From: Candidatus Latescibacterota bacterium
Lineage (GTDB): Bacteria > Latescibacterota > CBDEFO01
Direction: 5' to 3'
Assembly: GCA_965248755.1 (NCBI GenBank)
Contig: OZ252149.1
Coordinates: 3,808,001-3,872,000 of the forward strand
Length of the DNA: 64,000 bases
How positions within the stretch are numbered: position 1 is the first letter of the stretch; every line of letters begins with the position of its first letter. Below the pieces are notes generated by a model. The model saw only the letters and a program-made list of their open reading frames with translations, made no database searches and had not been told where the DNA came from. The position numbers and the translations under genes were made by a program. Of this stretch, positions 21,301-30,440 are shown piece by piece.

Positions 21301-21532
21301 TCTGGATGGAGATTAGGGCCTCTTCGGCCGCCGTGGCTGTGAACAGGGCGATTTTCTTGGAACCCTCAGCGTAGTAGATCTCGAAGTGCTCTGACTCGAT
21401 GTAGGAGAATCTATAGTCTTTATAGTTGACTTTGTTTTTGCCGAAGGTCTGAGAAAACACTAAACTTGAAACAAAAAGGGACGCTACAAGTATTACCACC
21501 GCTATGTTGAGTGCTTTGTGAAGGGTCTTCAT
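18383..21532 (-). CDS. Secreted fusion: gluzincin (MA) peptidase + PD40/TolB-like propeller + Omp85 (BamA/TamA) barrel
   Basis: Signal peptide, FGKNKV, HELTH...EGLAEY, repeated WSPDG, LRG and C-terminal ...GRDF. Confidence 0.8.
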   Translation of the reverse strand: MKTLHKALNIAVVILVASLFVSSLVFSQTFGKNKVNYKDYRFSYIESEHFEIYYAEGSKKIALFTATAAEEALISIQKALDHTLTDRIPLIVYNSHNRFLETNVIYELLTEGVGGFTEFAQNRVVIPYEGSYGKFRHVIHHELTHAVMFDMLTDGKGLPALISGQATQPPLWVAEGLAEYLSMGWDMEADNFMRDAAISGYLPDIESIYGGLFAYKGGQSIFRFIAQEYGDRKITEFLSNLKTSKSVEAALKSSIGITVDELSEAWSKELKKEHWPELAKRKDPEEISKKLTDHKKEGAFLNIGPSFSPKGGKIAFVSTRRDYSDIYLMSGIDGQILDLLVEGEKKDDFESLLLLRPGITWSPDGTKISFAAKSGDRNALYILEVRKKDVVKKLKLELDGMFSPTWSPDGHRIAVAGLKDGESDIYVVSLKDDGIKRITHDPYDEQHLEWSPDGKYIVFSSDRPDETTIPSDQVWEDGFKYGHYDIFTITPDGSKMRRITSDPSDDLSPTWGPESDKIAFVSYRTGIGNIFIAHLDTSVIYPITDLVTSVKDLDWSPDGDRIAFSSFHKGGYDIYTLKSPLSQKKDMEEIEPTLFIRDTYKDVSENQNKEQKTNQQRVALQDTLQSDPEATSQELAAEVLHHQTHQDTIVGTRGTYRPLSEHPEEKDYKLNFAPEIFVANARFSSFFGFSGLTQISFTDVLGNHRLIFASDLNFSIKNSDLFASYIYLPKRTDYGASLFHTRSFFFSNDGSLIADRVYGLSFIASRPSSKFTRVEAGGTFIAIDREKLSTRIFRSVRGGFFAGAVRGTTNEKIESKKAFVVEANLVNDTVLHGRLGPIDGSRSILKLEYSPPIQKDGLGFTSVSFDWRKYYRVLKNYNFVLKFSGGKSFGKTPQQFFLGGVTNEINPVFAEGSEIADLEIKDIFFSSFEGPLRGTDFLEFVGDGFGLANIEFRFPLVQQLSLGWPLPFSFRNIEGVLFFDIGGVLDKDRSFSPFRSENGLPVLEDLIAGYGVGSRTDLGFFVLKFDVGWKTDLNTTSSPRYYFSVGRDF

Positions 21533-21910
21533 AGTGTAGTTTCATCAGGTTGACGATGGACAGCGTATCAGAAGAATAGTTCACGCAATATTTTTGAACA
21601 TAGAGTGATCTGCGTGGACGGGAAGGAAATTGACTTTAGCATGCAGGTATCGTGTCATAATTGTCCGTACAAGCTTATAGAGATCCAAAATAGTAGAAAG
21701 CTTACAGCGGGGTGAGGAGTCTGTCTACTTGCCCATCTACATAGGTTTCATACTTAATATAACAAAGTATATTCTGTTTTCCAAGCCTCTTCTTTTGAGA
21801 CGTTTGGGTTTTTATAACGTTGCATTTAGCCCGAATAATTCACAAAAAAAGCCCTATATTAATTAAGGGATTGTATTATATTATAGTTATGGCGTTTAAC
21901 CACCTTCGGT

Positions 21911-22032
21911 GTCCTTGCGAGCAGAAGGCGAAGCAATCTCGATTCTGTGGTAGATGTAACACTCTACAACTCTCATAGGAGACCACTATAAAACCTTAGA
22001 GATTGCTTCGTCGCTTTGCTCCTCGCAATGAC
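21911..22032. repeat. Inverted pair of GTCATTGCGAG...AAGCAATCTC REP-like units
   Basis: gtccttgcgag...gaagcaatctc / gagattgcttcg...ctcgcaatgac. Confidence 0.8.
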
Positions 22033-22179
22033 TCCACTAAGTTTATGAATTAATCGGGTTAGTAAGTCAAAGTCCGACATGCTTTATCACAGATTTGTAT
22101 GCTCTTTTATATGCTTTCGGGGAGGCCGATAGATAGTGACAAATAACCGCGTAGTTACACAGAAAGAAAGGAGCAGGAT

Positions 22180-23025
22180 ATGAAGTCCCCAATAGGTATC
22201 CTTATATCTTCCACATGCCTCATCATTTTCTGCGCAATTCAGATGGATGCGGCGCCTTCAAGATGGGGAGAGGACCCTATCTGGGACGACGGTCAGGCGG
22301 AGGTGGCAAAATACGATGCAGAGCGCGTTATATACGGCAAGGTTCGCAAGTACCAAGCTGTGCTTATCACTGTCAAGGAGGACTTCAATGGCAAATTCTA
22401 TGCTAAGGCTGACCCTCCTTATGAGCAAAAGGAACTGCTGCCTATCTTGAAGCTGAACATCGTATCAGAGATAGAGACCGAAAATTACCCTTATCGGTTC
22501 TTAACGAGCGTCTTTGTGGATAGGAGGGATGTCTTCCATCTTGTGAAGATGACGGTCGGGAGCCAGGAGTGGTGCGGAAATACGTTTAAAGAGTTTAAAG
22601 GCTGGACAGAAAGGCCGAGGCTTGTCTTTCATTCTTACTGGGACGGTCAGGGGGATGGAAGCTACGACCTGGATATGAAAGCGGGAGATCTGGTGGAGGA
22701 TCAGCTTCCGATCTCTTTGAGAGGGTTGCCTTTTTACCCCGGGTATAGCCTGAATACACGGATTCTGGAATCTCAGATCCATAACAAGGCATCCGAGCCC
22801 AAGATTCGGGATGCTGCCATACGGGTAACAGAGGGCCAAAAGATAGCGTCAAAGGCAGGGAAAATCGATTGCTGGAAGGTGGAAGTAGAGATGGGAGATA
22901 TGACCCATTACTACTGGTTTGAGAGGGAGTATCCCAACATCCTTGTCAAGTTCGATGCTCCGGACGGTCGCAAACTCCTGCTCAAAGACAGGGTCCGGCG
23001 CAAATACTGGGTAAATCCTCAGTGA
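22180..23025 (+). CDS. Secreted hypothetical protein
   Basis: RBS aaggag, N-terminal hydrophobic stretch, W.DG.AE and QEWCG motifs; 281 aa. Confidence 0.65.
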   Translation: MKSPIGILISSTCLIIFCAIQMDAAPSRWGEDPIWDDGQAEVAKYDAERVIYGKVRKYQAVLITVKEDFNGKFYAKADPPYEQKELLPILKLNIVSEIETENYPYRFLTSVFVDRRDVFHLVKMTVGSQEWCGNTFKEFKGWTERPRLVFHSYWDGQGDGSYDLDMKAGDLVEDQLPISLRGLPFYPGYSLNTRILESQIHNKASEPKIRDAAIRVTEGQKIASKAGKIDCWKVEVEMGDMTHYYWFEREYPNILVKFDAPDGRKLLLKDRVRRKYWVNPQ

Positions 23026-23717
23026 GGGTGACGCTAACAGACATCTTCAATAGGCTTTCGGATCATTTTGGCCCGATGCACTGGTGGCCTGCCGATTCCC
23101 GCTTTGAGGTGATGGTCGGGGCGATATTGACTCAGAATACCTCATGGAAGAACGTTGAGAAGGCTATCGCCAATCTCAAAAGACAGGACTTGATGTCTCC
23201 CTCTGCGATATATCGGCTCGATACGGACAAATTGTCTGAAGTCATAAAACCTGCGGGGTACTTCAGGGTCAAGGCAAAGAGGCTGGCGAACTTCCTGAAC
23301 TACTTTATCGAACGATACGGGGGCGATGTCGAAGAGATGGGGAAGATGGAGATGGGCCGCTTGAGGTGCCAACTTCTAAAAATAAACGGAATAGGCCCTG
23401 AGACGGCGGACAGCATCCTCCTTTACGCCTTGGATAAACCTGTCTTCGTCGTGGATGCCTACACTCAAAGAATACTTGGAAGGGTCGGTATTACAAACGG
23501 AAAAGCCGACTATGATCAGATACAGCAGCTATTTCACAGCGCTCTTTCAAGGGATGCACAGCTTTTCAACGAATATCACGCTCTCCTTGTAAAGTTGGGC
23601 AACACCACCTGCAAAAGTGTCCCCATATGTTCAAAATGTCCCATTCAAGAGAGATGCCGCTTTGGTTCCTCTTCCAACCAGACAGTGGACAGTAGAACAG
23701 ATATTCTGTCTGGTTAG
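23022..23717 (+). CDS. Endonuclease III-like HhH-GPD DNA glycosylase with 4Fe-4S motif
   Basis: GAILTQNT, GIGPETAD, VVDAY, C-x6-C-x2-C-x5-C. Confidence 0.9.
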   Translation: MRVTLTDIFNRLSDHFGPMHWWPADSRFEVMVGAILTQNTSWKNVEKAIANLKRQDLMSPSAIYRLDTDKLSEVIKPAGYFRVKAKRLANFLNYFIERYGGDVEEMGKMEMGRLRCQLLKINGIGPETADSILLYALDKPVFVVDAYTQRILGRVGITNGKADYDQIQQLFHSALSRDAQLFNEYHALLVKLGNTTCKSVPICSKCPIQERCRFGSSSNQTVDSRTDILSG

Positions 23718-23905
23718 ACAGTAGACAGGGATCACCTTCCATCCTCCAAGATTGCTTCGGACTGAATCCCCTCGCAATGACCAAAGGAGACGTAAACTGT
23801 CATTGGAAGTCCCCTAAACTGTTATTGCGAACTGAAGCCCAGAGCCTTTCGCCTAGAGCGAAGCGAAGGGTCTGCGAAGCAATCTCTGTTTGCTGTCTGC
23901 TATCT
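23715..23905. repeat. Composite repeat cluster (GTAGACAG family + GCAATGAC family)
   Basis: gtagacaggg...ccatcc; agattgcttcg...cgcaatgac; gttattgcga...gaagcaatctc. Confidence 0.7.
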
Positions 23906-23958
23906 ATTAACATGTTCCAGATCAGTAGGCTGTAGCCGAATGTGAAGGCGCTCAGGAT

Positions 23959-24630
23959 ATGCTAAACTATCTCTTAAGATCTCTATCGAAAAGAGAATCG
24001 TCCCATATTGTGTTTAACCAGTATCAAGATCAGGACATTCGGGATAATCTGAGATTATACTTCGACTATCTACTTCGAAACAGGCACGAGGTGTTTATAG
24101 TAGGCGAAGCTCCCGGATATAATGGCTGTAGACTGACGGGGATACCTTTTACAAGTGGGGTTTCTATAGGGGAGTCCGCGGGCAAGATATTCAAAGAGAT
24201 TGAAGGTAAAATTAAACTGCACGAGGTTGCCTCCGAAAGGACAGCGACAATCTTCTGGGAATTACTGGGGGACGACGGGCCGGTTCCCATTTTGTGGAAT
24301 GCCTTTCCGTTTCATCCCTATATTAGCGGCATAGCCAGGAGCAACACAAAGCCTGACACTTTGGAGATAGAAGAAGGAAAGGAGTATTTGAGAATTGTCT
24401 ACGAGTTGTTTAAGCCGAAGAGGTTTTGCTCTCTCGGTCGGGTGGGTGAGGCGACACTAATGGAACTATTTCCTGACGAGAAAATAATCTACATTCGGCA
24501 TCCCTCTCACGGCGGTAAGAAAGATTTTATCAGAGGGATGCAAATGGTTCTGCAGTCACCTCGTATAATAGTGAGCATGACGGCTCAGCTTGAACGCCGC
24601 GCATGCACTGCAATCACATCACCGATGTAG
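23959..24630 (+). CDS. Uracil-DNA glycosylase-like protein
   Basis: GEAPGYNG...TGIPFT, WNAFPFHP, RHPSHGG. Confidence 0.8.
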   Translation: MLNYLLRSLSKRESSHIVFNQYQDQDIRDNLRLYFDYLLRNRHEVFIVGEAPGYNGCRLTGIPFTSGVSIGESAGKIFKEIEGKIKLHEVASERTATIFWELLGDDGPVPILWNAFPFHPYISGIARSNTKPDTLEIEEGKEYLRIVYELFKPKRFCSLGRVGEATLMELFPDEKIIYIRHPSHGGKKDFIRGMQMVLQSPRIIVSMTAQLERRACTAITSPM

Positions 24631-25159
24631 AGATGGACATACCGGTCTTCCTGTCCGACTATGAGATCTATTGGACCCGTCTTGAACCGATCGGCGTGCG
24701 CGAGATTTGCAGCGTGTCCACTGTCTATCGTTAGCTCCCTGCCGTTGACCCTTAGCTAGACCTTCTTGAAGAAGGCCGGAAACTCGTCGTTCCCGGCGTC
24801 TTCAAAGTGCAAGATCCTGCTGCCATCGTATGATCGTTGTTGGTCGTCGAAAGATACAAAACGCCATCGTTGTTCCAAACCACAGCCACATATCTTGTCC
24901 TTCCACCCCTTTGAAGTTCACTTGACATTGACAAGGACTCCAAGAATTGCTATCTTTAGTGAATTCCAGTGCTGCACCTGCAGTAAAAATAATTGAAGAA
25001 TCCTTTTGAGGTCAGGTGAGCATCAGTTCTTCCAAGCTGCAAAGTCGCATAACTAAAGATAAGAAGCTATTTATTGTACAGGAACTGGTGAACACCTCCG
25101 TCCGGAGGGCATACACTATCACGTCGAGGAGCGTCGTCTGCAAAAAAGGAGATTAGAGA

Positions 25160-26653
25160 ATGTCCGAGTTAGATTTTGATCTGTTCGTGATCGGCTCCGG
25201 CCCGGCTGGACAGCGAGCAGCGATCCAGGCTGCCAAGCTGGGCAAACGCGTGGCGATCGCGGAGTTTAAAGCGATGATCGGAGGCGTCTGTATTAATATC
25301 GGCACAATCCCCAGCAAGACCCTGCGCGAAGCAGTGTTGTACCTGTCCGGATACCGATTACGGGGGTTGTACGGCGCATCTTACACAGTTAAGCAAGAAA
25401 TCACAATGGAGGATCTGTTGTTTCGGGTGGACCACGTAACACGCAATGAGCGTGACGTAACAAGTCATCAATTGATGCGTAACCAAGTCGAGGTGATTAC
25501 AGCAAAAGCCTCATTCGTGGATCAACACACCATACTCCTGGATTATGTGACTGATCGTGGTCAGCGCTCGGACAGGAGAGTATCCAATCTTCCCAGCACT
25601 GAGGGCGTGCAGGATAGACGTTCAGGTGAGAATAGGAGATCCGGAACAGGTATCAGGGAAGTGACTGCCGCCAGCACTGTTCTTGCCACAGGGACAGAAG
25701 TAACCCGGGGTCCCAATATCCCCTTTGATGAGAAGCTCATTTTTACCAGCGACGACATCCTTAAGCTTGACCGCGTTCCTCGCACACTGGCGGTTGTCGG
25801 TGGAGGGGTGATCGGCTGCGAATACGCCAGTATTTTCGCTGCGCTCGGCGTCCGGGTAACGTTGATAGACAAAAGGCCTCGCCTGTTGGACTTCATAGAT
25901 TCCGAGATCGTGGATGCGTTGATCTACCACCTGCGTCAGAATCGCCTCACGCTACGCTTGGGCGAGGAGGTCAGCGGCATCGAGCCTATCACCGAAGGAC
26001 GTGGCGAACAGGTGAAGATCCACCTGGACAGCGGCAAGCAAATCATCACCGAGAAAGCACTGTATAGCATCGGTCGCACCGGTGCAACACAAAAATTGAA
26101 CTTAGAAGCTGTGGGAATAAAGCCCGATAAGCGCGGTCGCCTCAAGGTAGATGAAAATTACCAGACGGAGCTTCCGCATATTTACGCTGTTGGCGATGTG
26201 ATCGGTTTCCCCAGCTTGGCCTCCACATCGATGGAGCAGGGCCGTTTAGCCGCCTGCCACGCTTTCGGTGTCGAGGCAGAGAGTATGCCAGAGCTTTTCC
26301 CGTACGGCATCTACACCATTCCTGAAATTTCGACCGTGGGCTCTAACGAAGAAGAGCTAACCGAACAGGATATCCCCTACGAAGTGGGAAAGGCACAGTA
26401 CCGAGAGATCGCACGCGGGCAGATCATCGGTGACACCACCGGATTATTGAAACTAATCTTTCACCTTGAAACGCGTCAACTTTTGGGCGTCCACATTATT
26501 GGCGAGGGAGCCAGCGAACTTATCCACATCGGGCAGGCTGTCATGGCGTTCGGTGGCAAAGTGGACTACTTCGAGAACACGGTATTTAACTACCCCACGC
26601 TGGCCGAGTGTTACAAGACCGCGGCGTTCGATGGAATCAATCGGCTGGCGTGA
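25160..26653 (+). CDS. sthA: Soluble pyridine nucleotide transhydrogenase
   Basis: GSGPAG, GG.C...GTIPSK, GDVIGFPSLAS, FNYPTLAE. Confidence 0.92.
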   Translation: MSELDFDLFVIGSGPAGQRAAIQAAKLGKRVAIAEFKAMIGGVCINIGTIPSKTLREAVLYLSGYRLRGLYGASYTVKQEITMEDLLFRVDHVTRNERDVTSHQLMRNQVEVITAKASFVDQHTILLDYVTDRGQRSDRRVSNLPSTEGVQDRRSGENRRSGTGIREVTAASTVLATGTEVTRGPNIPFDEKLIFTSDDILKLDRVPRTLAVVGGGVIGCEYASIFAALGVRVTLIDKRPRLLDFIDSEIVDALIYHLRQNRLTLRLGEEVSGIEPITEGRGEQVKIHLDSGKQIITEKALYSIGRTGATQKLNLEAVGIKPDKRGRLKVDENYQTELPHIYAVGDVIGFPSLASTSMEQGRLAACHAFGVEAESMPELFPYGIYTIPEISTVGSNEEELTEQDIPYEVGKAQYREIARGQIIGDTTGLLKLIFHLETRQLLGVHIIGEGASELIHIGQAVMAFGGKVDYFENTVFNYPTLAECYKTAAFDGINRLA

Positions 26654-26757
26654 CCCGCAACCAGTGGGAACTTGCAGGATGGATAATCGAGACTACTTCT
26701 GGGAAAGTCCCTCAGCGGCAGGCGCCGGAAATCGGTCGTGACAAAGGAATCCCTGAA

Positions 26758-28161
26758 ATGAGATGGAAAGCCTCCCACATAGCTCTGATCCTTTTAGTTG
26801 CTTTGAATGCGCCTGTCCATGCACAGGACCTTTTTGCACACAAGACTGACTTTACGGTTGAGGATCTCTCACCTTCAGCTTTCAGTACTGACTGGCATGC
26901 AGATAATGACCATGCTATGGTCAGCAAGGACAGCCAGCATGTGTCAGTGTCGTGGAATCTGTCCCACCTTGCTGAGTTCTCCGGCCTGGTAGGAGATTTC
27001 GACGGCGACAACGAAGTAGGTCTGTCCGACTTTGTCCTTTTTCTGGATCTTTTTGGCGCAACGGCCAGCTCGGCCGACTGGGATCCCAGATTCGATCTGG
27101 ATAGTAATGGCGAGGTAGGTCTATCTGACTTTGTGCTTTTTCTGGATAACTTCGGCAGGACAGCGACCGCAAACAGTCCTCCCGTGGCGGATGCAGGTCC
27201 TGATCAGGCTGTACCCGTAGGTTCGACAGTCCAGGTGGACGGGAGTGGGAGCACAGATGCCGAGGGGGATCAGTTGAGTTATAGCTGGATAGCCCCTGAG
27301 GGGGTTACGTTGAGTGATTCTACCCGTGCGCGGCCCACTTTTACGGCTTCGGTTGGGGGAAGGTATCGCATCAGTCTGGTGGTCAATGATGGTATAGCTA
27401 ATAGTGAACCAGATGAAGTAGTTGTGACAGTCGGATTTATTATACAGAACGTCAGCTTCTCCACAGAAGACAATCTTATCCTATCTGGAGGGTGGACCCT
27501 TCCCAATATAGATAGCGAAACATTCCCTGTGGTAATCCTCCTCCACTCGCTGGGCTCCAACCGCGACAATTGGCTACTCAGTCCCCTCACAGTCGAGCTC
27601 CTTGAGGAAGGATACGCTGTGCTTTGGATAGACTTCCGAGGCCACGGACATAGCGAAGATCCCGGCGGGCGTTCGTGCGATTTGTCATCTTGTACCCTGA
27701 CTATCCAGGATCTGGAAAACATGCCTTTGGATGTTAAAGGGGCTTTAGCGTGGCTTTCTGCCCAATCGGAGGTAGATACAAGCAGAATCGCCCTGATCGG
27801 CGAGGATTTAGGAGCCAATATCGCCTATATAAGTTCAGGGTCTTTCAGCCAGATCAAGACTACTGTTTCAATTTCACCTATAGCTTTGCAGAACACAAGT
27901 ACTGGAGAGACTCTACTACTGACTCCCCGGTTTGTGGGAGCTGATGTTGAGAGCTTCAGTCCTAATTCGATTTTCTTTGTGGCGTCTCGAAATGATACTG
28001 CCTCCGTATTTATGGCCAGCATTATGTTCCAGCGTACATCTCGACCGAGGACTTCAGGAACGGTTCGCAATACCGATGCCCACGGCATCCAGATAACGTT
28101 GATTAGCACAGAGAGCAGGAATGGGATTAGAGACTGGATAAGGTTAAGATTAGGGGAGTAA
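26758..28161 (+). CDS. Secreted modular protein: dockerin/EF-hand-like pair + PKD-like domain + alpha/beta hydrolase fold
   Basis: Signal peptide from MRWK, GDFDGDNEVGLSDF-type repeat x2, PVADAGPDQ, DFRGHG. Confidence 0.7.
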   Translation: MRWKASHIALILLVALNAPVHAQDLFAHKTDFTVEDLSPSAFSTDWHADNDHAMVSKDSQHVSVSWNLSHLAEFSGLVGDFDGDNEVGLSDFVLFLDLFGATASSADWDPRFDLDSNGEVGLSDFVLFLDNFGRTATANSPPVADAGPDQAVPVGSTVQVDGSGSTDAEGDQLSYSWIAPEGVTLSDSTRARPTFTASVGGRYRISLVVNDGIANSEPDEVVVTVGFIIQNVSFSTEDNLILSGGWTLPNIDSETFPVVILLHSLGSNRDNWLLSPLTVELLEEGYAVLWIDFRGHGHSEDPGGRSCDLSSCTLTIQDLENMPLDVKGALAWLSAQSEVDTSRIALIGEDLGANIAYISSGSFSQIKTTVSISPIALQNTSTGETLLLTPRFVGADVESFSPNSIFFVASRNDTASVFMASIMFQRTSRPRTSGTVRNTDAHGIQITLISTESRNGIRDWIRLRLGE

Positions 28162-28255
28162 CAGAGATCTCTTGGGTACTTCAAATTTAAAGGTAGATCG
28201 TATAACATACTGAATATACAAAGAAATACGATTAAACTACGCAGGGGAATTCTAA

Positions 28256-29110
28256 ATGAAGAACCAAGATTTCGGGCTGACAGAACAGCAAATCAATTTC
28301 TTCGGTACTTTTGGCTATATTAGTTTTCCCAGCCTGGTAGAAGATCGCAGCGCGGAGATTGATAGGGAGTTTGAAGCAGTTTGGGATACACACGGAGGAG
28401 GGCATGACGGGAAGCCGCATGATGGGAAAGCCCGCTCCTGTATCGTTCCATTCATAGATCAAAGTGCGATCCTCTCTTCTCTGTTGGACGACCCCCGTAT
28501 CTTGGGAATTGCGACCAGCCTGTTGGGAGATGATTTCAACTATATGGGCAGCGATGGAAAATACTACGTGGGGGACACGCATTGGCATTCCGATGGAGCG
28601 CATAGGGCAGAAGACCCCATGCACCTCAAAATAGCCTTTTACCTTGACCCCCCACCCGTGACACGGGAGCCCTTAGCGTGATTCTGGGCAGTCATCTCTT
28701 TGGAGATCGTTATGCTGACGGACTTCAAGAGCAGATTGGGCAGTCAGTGTCTTGAACGATGGGGTACGCACGACAAGGACGTACCGGCAATAGCATTAGA
28801 GACACAGTTAGGGGATGTGGTTTGACTTAACCACAATACAAAGCACGCCTCATTAGGCGGTGGGCGTCGCGGGCGGATGTTTACCATTAAACTATGCCAA
28901 CGCTATCCTTACGACCGTTTGGAAGATGTGCGTACCTATATCGAAAGATCGGCCCGCTTCTGGATTGATCGAAATTATGGCGAGCAAATGGTTCGGACGG
29001 CTGGCCCGGAACGGATGCGGCATCTGGAGCAGGTGATGGCGAACGATGGGCATCTTGCTGTAATGTCCCGCAAATTAAAAGAGAAAATGACTGAGCCATC
29101 GCGAGAGTAA
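28256..29110 (+). pseudogene. Phytanoyl-CoA dioxygenase (PhyH) family pseudogene
   Basis: FFGTFGY, WHSD, KIAFYLD, then frameshift near 28655 and in-frame stops; homologous C-terminal piece 28877-29110. Confidence 0.75.
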
Positions 29111-29163
29111 ACAAATCGATGTTGCACAGCCCTGAAGTTGAGCGGATGTTAAGGGAGCAGACG

Positions 29164-29266
29164 GTAGTCGGTAGCCCTGATCCTCGATAAAATCAATCGG
29201 GGACAATCGGGGATTCAATCGCGCATAGACAGGGCACCGTCTCCCATCCCCGCGTGCTGTCTACTA
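29164..29266. repeat. GTAGACAG-family repeat with multiply nested 23-bp elements (29175-29225)
   Basis: gtag[ccctga tcctcgataaaatcaatcgggga caatcgggga ttcaatcgcgca]tagacagggcaccg...ctgtctacta. Confidence 0.85.
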
Positions 29267-29407
29267 ATTGTATCGCTATAGTCTGTCCGGACTATTTTGA
29301 CGTGGCACTTACTGTAAAGATTGGCTCAGGTTCTACATAGGTGTCATTATTAGGAACGAAGTGATTGTAGAGGTAATAAGGAAGCCAGATAAGATGAGGG
29401 AAGCAGA

Positions 29408-30427
29408 ATGCCGGTAGAGGTCCTAGTCATAGGTGTCGGCTCTATTGGCGAGCGCCACGTGCGATGCTTCGGGGCCACCGGCCGTGCTGACGTGTCCTTA
29501 TGCGAGATAGACGACGAACTTCGCCAGAGAATCGCCGACCGCTACGGGGTAATGCGGACCTACTCAAATCTCGACTCTGCGCTGGGTGGCGTCTTCGATT
29601 CCCCGATAGGTGCAATGGGGGGCAAGGCGGCTGTTGTGGCCACCCCGGCTCACCTGCACGTGCCTATAGCTGCTCGTCTGGCTGGAGCGGGGTATCATCT
29701 CCTGATCGAAAAGCCGCTGGCCACGAGCCTTGAAGGGGTCGAACAGTTGCGCCAGTTAGTCTTAGAGAAGGGGATCGTTGCGGCCGTAGGATATAACCAC
29801 CGCGCGCACCCGTCGCTTGCGGAGATGAAGCGGGCGGTCGGCAGCGGGCGCTTTGGTGCCCCCGTTCAGATCGTGGTCGTATCAGGTCAAAACTTTCCCA
29901 CGTACCGCCCCGCCTATCGCGAGATCTACTATGCGGATCGGGCCACCGGAGGTGGCGCCATCCAGGATGGGTTGACCCACTTGGTCAATGCCGGTGAATG
30001 GCTGGTCGGTCCGGTGGATCGTGTCGTCGCTGATGCGGCGCACCAGGTGCTGGACGGCGTCGAAGTGGAAGACACCGTCGGTGTCCTAACGCGGCAGGGG
30101 TCGGTGCTGGGCAGTTACAACTACAATCAACATCAGGCCCCCAATGAAACGACCATAACTGTGGTCTGTAGTCAGGGAATCGCCCGCTTCGAGTCGCACC
30201 GACATCGGTGGCGTTGGATGACAGAGCCGGACGCAGGCTGGACTGATGAACCTTGCGACCCGCTGGAACGCGATACACTTTTTATACGTCAGGCCAATGT
30301 TTTTCTTGACGCAGTTGAGATGGGTACCAAGCCTTTGTGCTCGCTCGACGAAGGAATACAGACCCTGAGGGTAAACCTGGCGATCTTGGAGTCAGCGACT
30401 AATGCGTCGAGCCTCAGGGAGCTTTAA
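29408..30427 (+). CDS. Gfo/Idh/MocA family oxidoreductase
   Basis: GVGSIG, EKP, GGGA..D. Confidence 0.85.
   Translation: MPVEVLVIGVGSIGERHVRCFGATGRADVSLCEIDDELRQRIADRYGVMRTYSNLDSALGGVFDSPIGAMGGKAAVVATPAHLHVPIAARLAGAGYHLLIEKPLATSLEGVEQLRQLVLEKGIVAAVGYNHRAHPSLAEMKRAVGSGRFGAPVQIVVVSGQNFPTYRPAYREIYYADRATGGGAIQDGLTHLVNAGEWLVGPVDRVVADAAHQVLDGVEVEDTVGVLTRQGSVLGSYNYNQHQAPNETTITVVCSQGIARFESHRHRWRWMTEPDAGWTDEPCDPLERDTLFIRQANVFLDAVEMGTKPLCSLDEGIQTLRVNLAILESATNASSLREL
29600..29622. repeat. Degenerate 23-bp element inside CDS
   Basis: tccccgataggtgcaatgggggg, translated SPIGAMG. Confidence 0.6.
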
Positions 30428-30440
30428 AGAAGAGGACCCG

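Noticed and set aside
24752..24996. Short overlapping ORFs / possible gene remnant
   Set aside because: No recognisable family; too little evidence to call.
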